The notes under the pieces: generated by a model
What the model saw: the letters and a program-made list of their open reading frames with translations, nothing else
The model's database searches: none
Told to the model about the DNA's origin: nothing
Assembly (NCBI GenBank): GCA_038087875.1
Contig: CM075988.1
Location: 6,636,001-6,700,000, forward strand
Reading direction: 5' to 3'
DNA: 64,000 nucleotides
Source of the DNA: Malacoraja senta
Taxonomy: Eukaryota
Program-made: the position numbers and the translations under genes
Part shown: positions 12,055 through 24,000 of the stretch, piece after piece
How positions within the stretch are numbered: position 1 is the first letter of the stretch
Layout of the letters: each line of letters starts with the position of its first letter

Positions 12055-15000
12055 CTGCACCAGAAACACAACACACATCAGCAACAGGCAGAGAGACCTC
12101 CCGCATGGAGGGATATGGATCACGTACTGGCAGAGGAGATCGGGTATACTTGGTATCAGGCTCGGCATAGACATTGTGGGCAGAAGGGCCTGCTCCTGTG
12201 CTCTACTGTTCTATGGTCTGTGGTTTTTTAACAGAGCAGCTCCACCAGGATGGAAGTTCAGTGATCGTGAGACTGGTCAAGGAGGGTAACCTCATCCTCG
12301 ATGACAGGAGGGAATGAGATCCACACCAGACTTCCTTCAGGAGAATATCCTGGGACCACTCGCACTACTTCCATCCTTACCTCACACTTTGGGTCTTTCC
12401 ATCTCTGGCCTTGATCACACCATCTGCCAATAAAGCCACCCACATCTGTGCCCACCTATCACTTGCCAGGCTATGTCCTGCCCTCACCTCTCTTCGAGCT
12501 TCCTGACTACAGGTGCTGTCTGTGCGGAGTTTGTACGTTCTCCCTGCGACGCCGTGGGTTTTAACCGGGTGCTCCGGTTTCCTCCCACACTCCAAAGACG
12601 TACAGGTTTGTAGGTTAATTGGCTTCAGTAAAAATTGTAAATTGTAAATTGTCCCTAGTGTGCAGGAATGTGTTTGTGTATGGAGATCGCTGGTCGGTGT
12701 AGACCGGGTGGGCTGAAGGGCTGTTTCCACTCTGTATCTCTAAAACTAAATCTGAAAACGAAAAACTTTCTAATCCCCCCACCCCCAACACAATCAGTCT
12801 GGAGAAGGGTCCCGATCTGAATCGTCACCTGTCTCCAGAGATGCTGCCTGACCCGCTGAGTTACTCCAGCACTTGGTGCTTTTCTATGGCAGAAAGCCTA
12901 TTGATTCTGCCTGGTCCAAGACACCAAAATGATCCACCAGCTGACAGCTCCCCAGCTCCCCAGCTCCCCAGCGCCACAGGGTAAGAGCGTCCGATCCATT
13001 ACGATTAGTTTACTTTAGTTTAGTTTAGACATACAGCATGGTAACTGGTCCTTCAGCCCACTGAGTCCATGCCGACCCATACACTAGCACTATCCTACAC
13101 ACTAGGGACCAAAGCCAATTAACCTGCAAACCTGTACGTCTTTGTAGTGTGAGAGGAAACCGAAGCACCCGGGGAAAACCCAAGTGGTCACGGGGAGGAC
13201 GTACAGACTCCATACAGGTGGTAAGGATGGAACCTGGGTGTCTGGCGCTGTAAGGCAGCAACTCTACTGCTGCGCCACCATGTCATGCGGTAAAGAACAG
13301 CAGAGATAAGTTATTTGAACTTTTACAAAGCAACTTGAACAGCGCACGAAACAAACCACGTCTAGAGGGGGAAGCAGAGGGCACAACGGCTGCTACCTCT
13401 CCTTGCAGGGTGTAGGTCAGCTCCGGTTTCACCGCAGAGGCAGGCTGGTGCTGTGTCATGCTCTGTTTAAACGAGGCAGCCTGGAGCTTGATTTGCTGGA
13501 AGAAAAGAAACAGAATGTGAACCAGTGGACAGAGGCACCCTGGACAGGAGATGCACTGGGTGAGTGTTTTACACAGAGTGCTGGCGGCCTGGGACACTCT
13601 GCCAGGGATGGTGGTGGAGGCAGGTATAGGTCAGAAGGTCAGAAGTGATAGGTGCAGAATTAGGCCATTCGGCCCATCAAGTCTACTCTGCTATTCAATC
13701 ATGGCTGACCCATCTCTCCCTCCTAACCCCATTCTCCTGTCTTCTCCCCATAACCCCTGACACCCGTACTAATCAAGAATGGTGCAGTTAGAATACGGAA
13801 GATAGAAAAGTACAGCATAGGAACAGGCCCTTCAGCCATCAATGTCTGTGATGTATATCCCCCATATCCATGTGCCATTGAAGGGCTGTTTTGGATGGGA
13901 TCATGGATATGCATGACATGGATGACCCGTTCACACTAGTTCCATGTTATCCCACCTTCTCATCCACTCCCTGTACGCTCAAGGCCATTTACAGAGACTG
14001 ATTAAGAGATTTCCAGCTCTTTGTTTGAAACGATGACATATTTTGAACAAATTATGAACATGAACTTTTGCATGGGTGCCATCCTGCTTATTATTTTCCT
14101 CCATTAGATGCCTAATTCACTTGTTGCCAGAAGAGGTAATGAGGTGATATGTAAGAGAGAGGGTCGACACAAAATGCTGGGGTAACTCAGCGGGACAGGC
14201 AGCATCTTTGGAGAAAAGGAATGGGTGACGTTTCGGGTCGAGACCCTTCGTCTTCAGAAATAAGAGAGAGAGAGTCATCTCGGGACCAGCCACGGTCAGC
14301 TTCAGACTCAAGCTGCTGAGTTTTTAGTTTTTAGTTTTAGTTTTAGAGATACAGCGTGGAAACAGGCCCTTCGACCCACTGTCCATGCTGACCAGTGATC
14401 ACCCATTCTATCCTGCACACTTGGGACAATTTACAGAGGCCAATTAACCTACAAACCGGCACATCTTTGGAGTGTGGGAGGAAACCGGAGCACCCGGAAA
14501 AAAATCATGGCGTCACAGGGAGAACGTGCAAACTCCGTACAGACAGCAGGGCGCTCCATACAACATTTGAGGGCTTGTCAGCCTGAAGAAGAGTTTTGAC
14601 ACGAAACGTCACCTATTCCTTTTCCCTTTGCTGCCTGACCCGCTGAGTTACTCCAGCACTTTGTGTCTGTCTTCACCCCAACGTCATGTTCAGTTCAACA
14701 CTGTTTTAACCTGGTGCATTCTGCTGTAGTGGTTTCTGCAATATCCAAACATCTTCACTGGCAAGAGAAGCTGAGAGCCTCCTTCACTTCCTCCACACCT
14801 CCACTTCTTACCTCAAAGGCACGGACACATTCACTCATCGCCCTCCAACATTTCCCCAGCTGGAGGGCAGAGAAAAAGTGATTCAGAATGACTTTAACCT
14901 GAATAAACAATTTTGCATTATTATTCCAGGAATCAAACAGATTTACCGTGAATGGAAGCGGCCTTCTACCCAACTCGTCCATGTCAAACGCAATTCCTTT

Positions 15001-18000
15001 CTGAACTAGTCCCGTTGCCCACGCCTAGTCCAGATTCATCTCAGCATATCCTATACATATACCCGCCAAAATGCCCTTTGAATGATGTTGTTACACCTGC
15101 CTCAACCAGTTTGTGTGGCAGCTTGTTCCAGACACCCACCACCCTCTTACAGAGAGCGGTTGATAATCTCAAACTCACTGCCAGAGGTGGTGGTGGAATC
15201 AGATACAATCACTGCCTTTAAGAGATATTTAGGAGAGGGACATAAATCGGTAAGGCATAGAAAGATGCAGACCTAATGTAGGCAAAGGCGATTAATGTAG
15301 ATGGTCAAAAAAGATGATGTGGACTTGGTAGAACTTTATCTGTGCTGCCGACTCTGGCTCCTATGACTCCGTGACCAAGTGTACTGTGGCCACATTTGCT
15401 GATGATACAAATAAAGATGAATCAGCAAGTTGTGAGGGAACACAGAGGGACATGGGTAGGTCACAGGAGTGAACTAGAGGTTGGCAGATGCCTTATAATG
15501 TGAGGTGGTCAACCTTGGAAGATTCAAATGTTAATTAAGGAATCTGGGCATCCCAGTGCAAGAAATACTAGCAATTAGCATGGGGATACATCAGGTGGGA
15601 ATGGAACATTGGTCTTTACTGCATGAAGTATGGTCTGTAAAAATACGGCAGTTTTGATGTATGCTCACAGGAGGCTGGTGATTCTACATCGTTTTGGTCT
15701 CGATATTTATGGAAGGGACAGTACTTGCAATGAAGGCTGTGCAGAGAAGGTTCACGAGGCTAATCCCTGGAATGTTGAGCATGGAAGAATAAGATGTGAC
15801 TACGCCATTCATAGAGGAATTGACAGAGGTTAGACTGAGAGCATGGTTCCCCTGGTGGAGGTGTCTAGAATTAGGCTGCAATGTTTCACCGACTTCAGGC
15901 TGAGATGAGGAGGAGTTTCTTCTTTTGGTGGGTCATGAGGTTTTGGAATTCTCTCTCCTGGACAGTTGGGGAAATGGAGTCATATTCAAGATAGAGAATG
16001 GTGGGCAATTACACTTCAATTGAGGCAAAGGGTGTGGAGAGCGAACAAGAATGTGGTGTTGGAGGCAAGACTGGATCAGACATGACCTTACTGAATGGAT
16101 CAGCAGACTCAAGGGGCTGACTGGCCTAATCCTGCTCCCATTGCCTATATCTATATTCATATGAACCCAGTGGACTGTATGGAGAAAATATGGTACATGC
16201 AAGTGGTACAGGCATGGCACCACATGGTAAATGCCAGCTGATACTGAGAGAAGGCCTCTATCTCTATATCCTGATAAAGGGTCTTGACCCAAAACGTCAC
16301 CTATCCCTTTCTCCAGAGGTGCTGCCTGACTCGCTGAGTTACTCCAGCATTTTGTGTCTATCTTTGCTCTAAATCCATATATTCGTCATCTCGTGTGTTA
16401 GGGGCTATTTATTTCCACCAGGTTTATCGGCAATAGCCGTGATGGATCTTGAACAATGTGCAGGTGGTTCCTCACCAACTGCAGGCAGCTGCTGACGAGA
16501 AACTCTCTCACCTTTTGGTGCCCGAGGTTCTTGATGATCACCAGCTTGCTCTCACATTGTACGGTGTGAATCCATTCCTGGAACCTGTGGGTCTGCATTA
16601 CCCAGGCGCGGAGTGGGCAGTAACAGAGCTGGTATGATTCAAGGCAGCTTGCAAAGCCGGTCAATAACTTTATCCTGAAATCCAGAATATTGTTAGAATT
16701 AATGTGCTTGGGGGCTCGGTGTAGGTGGGGTGGGGGGGGGGTGGGTGGGCAGTAAGCAGGGGATGACAGTCAGGGCAGGTTTGGGACAGTACGGTGGGCA
16801 GTGGTTGAGTTGCTGCCTTACAGCGCCAGGGACCCGGGTTCAATCCTGACTGTGGGTGCTGTCTGTACGGAGTTTGTACGTTCTTCCCATGACCTGCGTG
16901 GGTTTTCTCCGAGTGCTCCGGTTTCCTCCCACACTCCAAAGACATACAGGTTTGTAGGCTAATTGGCTTTGGTAAATCATCCCTAGAGTGTGGGATGGAA
17001 CTAGTGGACGGGTGATCATTGGTCGGCGTGGACTTGATGGGCCGAAGGGCCTGTTTCCACGTTGTGCCTCCAAAACTAAAGGTCACGTGGTGGTGGGGGT
17101 TGGGGGGGGGGGAACAGACAGGGTGACACGGAGCAGTCACGGGACAATCGGGACAGGGTCAGAAGGGGAAATAGAAAAGGCACAGAGGAATTGCCTCTTT
17201 GTCCCTCCCATTTTATGGAGGCAAATACTTCAGTGAGGCCCCCAAAGGCCACATTACTGCCACTCCCTGTGTCTCACTTGGAGTTGTCAAATATAGATGC
17301 AAGCAACTGCAGATGCTGATTAATACACAAAAGAACACAAAGTGCTGGAGTAACACAGATGTGAACTATTTGAGAGTAGCTGGACACAAGGCCAAAAGGT
17401 AGCGAGTTCTAGCTGTTGATGATGAATAAAGTTATCAAAACAGTGCCCTGTAATTATTATGAGGATATTTATAGGCAACGACGTATGCTGCATCTACAGG
17501 CGAATATTCTCTTGCGTAAGTTTGGTGCGTGTACAGATGTGGTGAAGATGTCGCTGTTTAGAGCATACTGCACACCACTCTACACTGTGCACCTGTGGTC
17601 GAACTACGGAAAGACAAGTCTGCAGAGACTAAAGGTGGCCTATAATGATGCCATGAGAACACTGTTAAGGAAACCTAGATGGTGTAGTTCTAGTAACATG
17701 TTTGTGGCTGCAGGAGTCAATACTTTAGAAGCTATCCTAAGAAATCATATGTATAAATTCATTTGCAGGATAAATGACTCTAAAAATGTAATTATCGTGG
17801 CCTTGTCAAACATAAGGTTTAGCACTAACGCTACGAATCCCAGTTGTGGAGACACTGGTATCGTTGTCTCGTTGTAGAACACTGATCTTTCTTTTTTATT
17901 CTGGATTTTAAATCATGTATTGTGTTTTTTTAATATATAATTTATGATGCTTTTATAAGTGATGTACTAGGATTTTATATGTATTTTATGGTGTTTTTAT

Positions 18001-21000
18001 ATGCAATGTATTTTTATGTAATGTTGCCCCTTGTCTGGACCTTGAGTCTGAAATAAAGTTTATTATTATTATTATTATTATTATTAGTCCCTGATTGCCC
18101 CAGAAGTGATGAACCATTGAAAGTCAATTTGTGGGTCTGGAGGTACACAAGGAGACCATATTGGACACAAAGTGTTGGTGTTATATCTTGCAATACTGCT
18201 GTATCCATTATCCTTTATCTGAAGAAGGGTTTCGGCCCGAAACGTTGCCTATTTCCTTCGCTCCATAGATGCTGCTGCACCCGCTGAGTTTCTCCAGCAT
18301 TTTTGTGTACCATCCTTTATCTATTCACTGTGGACAGTTTGATTGTAACCATGCATAGTCTTTTCTCTGACTGGATGAACGCAAACAAAAGCTTTTCACT
18401 GTGCCTTGGTACATGTGGCAATAATAAACTAAACTAATATCCCCTTCTCTGAAGAACATGAATAGGTGAGTTTTTGCATTGGGCCCCTTCTTCAGTCTGA
18501 GAAGGATCCCGACCCGAAACATCACCCATCCATGTTCTCCAGAGATGCTGCCTGACCTGCTGAGTTACTCCAGCACTCTGTGAATCATCACCTCTCCATG
18601 TTCTGCAGAGATGCTGCCTGACCTGCTGAGTTACTCCAGCACTCTGTGAAACATCACCTCTCCATGTTCTCCAGGGATGCTGCCTGTCCCACTGAGTTAC
18701 TCCAGCACTCTGTGAAACATCACCTCTCCATGTTCTCCAGGGATGCTGCCTGTCCCACTGAGTTACTCCAGCACTCTGTGAAACATCACCTCTCCATGTT
18801 CTCCAGAGATGCTGCCTGACCTGCTGAGTTACTGCAGCACGTTTTGTCTCTTTTTTTGATAAACCAGCATGCATAGTTTCTTGTGCAACAAAAGCTTTTC
18901 ACTGTACCTCGGTACACGTGACAATTAACTGAACTGAACTTGCATCTCAGGAGATCAGATAACATATTTTGAGGCCATCTGACAATGAATAAGTGCAGCA
19001 AAAAGTGAATTCGATCTGGAACAAAGACGTTTTTCCTCTATTTGGTTCGGGTTATCTGACCTGAGAAGACGTGTTGGAATCCTCACCTTTCCTCGGTGTA
19101 TGTTTTCATGGTGTGAAGCTTGCTGTGCAGGAGTTGAATCCTCTGCCTGTCTCTGGATGTGACCATGTTGTCCAACCTCATGCTCTTCTGCTGACTGTCA
19201 CCCCCTGTAGGGTGGGGAAGACTCTCGGTGCCTTTGTTGAATGCGCAGGTTTGGCCAGTCCCCTGGTCTCTCCCTGCTGCACCACACTGGCCCACAAGTC
19301 TCCACAAGCTGTCATCTACCTGGTTGATCTCTTGATGCAGATTCTGTAAAGAGAGGTGGTGACAAAGGGTTACCGCTGCTGCACCTTCACCACCTGGTCA
19401 GCAGGCGCTAGACAGACTAAATGATACTCCACGCCAATGATGACATAACGAAACACTCACCGCTCGATTCCATCAGGTCTTGGTTGCTCAGTTTATTATC
19501 TCCATTCACCCGCTCCAAATACTTGCCTACACTCAACTAATAACAATTCTTAGATAGGCACAAAATGCTGGAGTAACTCCGCAGTCATGCAGCATCTCTG
19601 GAGAAAAGGAATAGATGACGTTTCGGGTCGGGACCCTTCATCAGACTGAGAGCAATAAAACCTCATCTTGTAAAGCAGTTGACTATCACTACCACCCACA
19701 TAGTCTTTCGGGAGGGAGAATTCAGGATGTCAACTATTCTTTGCCTGAAGAAATGCTTCCCTATTTTGTCCTCTCATATATCCCCCTCTTTTCAATCAAC
19801 CCTCCCCCCCCCCGCTATCACCACCTCCCCCCCACACCAGCCCACTGTTCCCAAGTCTCTTTCCTTTCCCCCAACTTGGTTCCACCTTCATTGTTGGTGA
19901 TCATTCAAAGTCCAGTATGGTTGTCCTCCTGGTGGGTTCAGGTGGACACCTATGCGTGACATCTTTTAACGTGGGGAGCTTAGTTTAATTCAGTTTAGTT
20001 TATTGTCATGTGTAATGACGTACATTGAAACAGCTTTTGTTGCGTGCCAACCAGTTTGCGGAAAGACAATACATGCTTACAATTGTGCCGTCCACAGTGT
20101 TAAATCACAGTGTTAAGTCCACAGCCGTCCACAGTGTACAGATACATGATAAAGGGAATATAGAATGTGTGCAAGATCCATTCCAGTAGAGTCTGATTGA
20201 AGATAGTCTGAGGGTCTCCAATGAGGTAGATAGTAGGTCAGGACTGCTCTCTAGTTGTTGGTTGGATGGTTCTATTGCCTGCTAGCAGCTGGGAAGAAAC
20301 TGTCCCTGAATCTGGAGGTGTGCGGTTTCACACCTCTATACCTCTTGCCTAAGGGGAGAAGAGGGAGTGACCGGGGTGAGACTGGTCCTTGATTAAGCTG
20401 CTGGCCTTGCCGAGGCAGCCTGAAGTGCAGATGGAGTCAACGGAAGGGAAGAACCTGCCTATCACCCACAAACAGAAGATGCACACAAAATGCTGGCGTA
20501 ACTCAGCGGGACAGGCAGCATCTCTGGAGAGGAGTGGGTGACGTTTCGGGTCGACACCATTCTCCAGACCCTTCTTCTCGACACAAAACGTCACCCATTC
20601 CTTCTCTCCAGAGATGCTGCCTGTCCCACTTAAGTTACTCCAGCACTTTGTGTCTACCTTCAGGGTAAACCAGCTTCTACAGTTCCTTCCCACACACTGG
20701 GCCCCTATCCCCACCGTTCCCATCTGCCCACCATCCTTCCCTTATCTGAATCCACTCATCAGCTTCTCCTATCAGATTCCACAATCTGCAGCCCTTTGTT
20801 GAATCCTCTTATCCCCTCCCAGCCTCTGTCGCCATCTCCTTTCCTCCGTCCCCCACCTCTCTCCATCTGCCAGCTAACCTCTCCTCCCCTGGATGCACCT
20901 ATCCACCCCCACCCCTCCCCCTCATCTCTTTATACTGGCCATCTCTGGTCTAAACTCCCTGCCCTGATGCAGGGTCTCAACCAGAAATGCCCACCATCCC

Positions 21001-24000
21001 TTTGCCTCCATAGATGCCGTCTGACCTACTGTTCCTCCAGCAACTTGCTTTAGGATTCTAAATCTCAAGCTTCCCTGTTTTGCCGTGTCCGTTTTCAGGC
21101 TACCAGGATAAAGTGAGGATACGTGAATCCCGCTACTAACCCTTAATTTCTTCCTGTACATGGGGTGGTGACATTGTTGACTGTCGGATGTGCACAAGTT
21201 CGATTCCAGCAGCATCACCTTCTCCACAATCAAGGACAGTGCTCGGTAAGACTTGCTCCTTGCATCAGAGTAGCTATAAAACAATTAGAATCAGCAAAAC
21301 AACTTCCCAAAACCTTCAGCGTCGCCACAGAATTCCCATTCACGCCTGCGCTTTTTAAGTAGGGGAACCCAATGAAAGTGATCCACACTTTTAAGATGTA
21401 GGAGATGTCAAGGAGTTAGGTTTGAAACCATTGGCCTGGATTATCATAGAGTCATAGAGCACAAAACAGGCCCATCGGCCCAACTTGCCCATGCCATCCA
21501 CATGACCCATCTACGCTAGAACGTGCAAACTCCATACACACAGCACCCGTAGTCAGGATCGAACCCGGGTCTCTGGCACTGTAAGGCAGCAACTCTACTG
21601 CTGCGCCACTGTAGGCAATGAAGCACTTTTGAAGTAGAATACATGGCCAATTTGCTGAGGCATGGGAAGTCTCACAAACCACAATTACAATTAAAACACA
21701 AAGTACTTGTGCTATAACTCCATGATAAATGCTCAACTAAGAAAACTAAGCCCTAAACCAAAGTATTATCTAATTTAACACAACAACTTATAATAAATAA
21801 CTCAATTTGCGGAAAAAAATAAAAAACATCTCCCTACATATTAATTCTCTTTAAAATAAAACTAATCCTGTAGATGCAAGTATATCATTGGGGTTATCAA
21901 GTGAGCACCTCCCTTCATTGGTGTTTCATTGAGCTAGGCCCACGACACCTTGGGCAGCAACAGTTGGTTTTGGCGTCCCAGAACAAACCCCCCCTCAATA
22001 CCTGGTCTCACCACCTATGCTACCAGTATCTACTAAATAAAGGAAGCTGCAGCCAATTAGCTTACTCTAACAGATGATAACCACATCTGTCATCCTAGCC
22101 CATCATGAAGCTTGTAACACCACAAATATCACCCTTGCATGAGACTTACGCAGACTACAATTACAAAGAAATACACAAACTGCATGTCATACGATTCCTT
22201 TCTGCCCCCAACTGACACTATTTCTTCTCCACCAAATCCACCTACTGCCTTGCTCTGCTGCCTCTGGCATTTGCTTTACAGCCTGACGCAAACTCTGTCC
22301 GCAAATTCCTAGCTCTCCAAATAGCCACGTGGTTGATCTCGCTAAGAAACCTCGACAACCCACCTCTACCGGACGTAGTCTTGCTCTCCATCCCCGCTGC
22401 TCAACTTCTGCTGCCATCTCTACATATCTATGCCTTTTCCATTCATAAGCCTCATCCTTTAAGTTCTCCCAATCACAATCAATTCTATAAAATACACTAT
22501 CCACTGACTAACTGACCTTAACACTGAGGAAGGGTCTTGACCCGAAACGTCGCCTATTCCTTCACTCCATAGATGCTGCCTCACCCGCTGAGTTTCTTCA
22601 GCATTTTTGTCTACCTTCGATTTTTCCAGCATCTGCAGTTCTTTCTTAAACATAACAATATATCAGGCCTCAAACTTCAGTTTCAGGAATAGTGATGGAG
22701 AAATGATCGTTTAGTGAGATTTCAGATGTATTTCAGCTGCTCTTCTCCAATTTAGGGTTGATGGGGTTTTACACATCCAACCCTGTTTTAATATTTCATC
22801 CCAACAATTATATCATCGGCCAGTGCCGCACCCTCTGGGAAGCTTTTGGTTTTAGAGATACAGCGCAGAAACAGGCCCTTTAGCCCACCGAGTCCATGCC
22901 GACCAGCGATCACCACGCAAACACAAGGGACAATTTACAATTTTACCGGTCAATTAATCTACCAACCTGCATGTCTTTGGAGTGTGGGAGGAAACTGGAG
23001 CACCCGGGGCAAACCCACGAGGTTACTGGGCGAGCGTACAAACTCCATACAGACAGCACCTGTAGTCAGGATCGAACCCGGGTCTCTGGCACTGTAAGGC
23101 AGCAACTCTACCGCTGCGCCACCGTGCCACTCTAACTTTACAAAGAGAAGATGAGAAAGATTGAAGGGGCCTGAGGGCGTGTCACCTCCAAGATTGCTGA
23201 GGAACGTGAGCTGAAAGAGCAAAGTGAGACTTGAGAAAGAATATTGACTGGGAGTAGACAAACTGGAACTTTGGCAGCGTACACCTCCTGGGTGGATGGT
23301 TTAGAAATAAGGTATAATCCACCTCGAAGTCCATTGGGATGGGGGATGGGGACGTTTATAGACGGGTAAATAAAAGTGGCAATGAGTGCGCTGTGCACAG
23401 TTATAGTGGAATGAGAGGGACACCTGGTAGAGCCACTGTCTTGCAGCACCAAAGACCTGTGTTCACTCCTGACCTCTGGTGCTGGCTTGGTGGAGTTTGC
23501 ATGTTTTCCATGTGATCGTGTGTGTTTCCTCCAGGCGCTCCGGTTTTGTCCCACATCCCAAAGATGTGCAGTTCAATAAGCTAGGTGGCCATTACAAATT
23601 ACTTGGAGTGTTTAAGGTGAGTGATAGAACCAGTGCGGCATTGATGGGAATGTGGGGAGAATAAGAAAATTGGATTCATGTGGGATTGATGGCCAGCATG
23701 GACCCGAAGGGCTGAAAGGCCTGTTTCTGTGCTATATCCCTCTATGATTCCATGATACATGGACTTGATGAGCCAAGATGCCTATTTCTGTGTTGCACTT
23801 CAGGAATAATCCTGGGTTCAAACCTGCTTAAGATTGATCTATTTAAGATTGAGATGAATGGATTTTTAGATACCAGGGATATTAATGTAGTTTGCGCAAG
23901 TGAGATCAGCCAGGTTCTTCCGAAAAGCAGAGTAGGCTCAGAAAGCTGACAGGCCTCTTATTTATGTGTAGAAAGGAACTGCAGATGCTGGTATACACCA

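Noticed and set aside
11591..12289. Longest ORF in the track (232 aa, plus strand)
   Set aside because: It starts in a SINE tail, is antisense to the mini-plakin last exon and has no recognisable domain; a chance ORF.
18434..18874. Repetitive ORF and regular array superficially like a CRISPR array
   Set aside because: Head-to-tail 66-bp units with no unique spacers, in eukaryotic DNA, derived from a PLE terminus.
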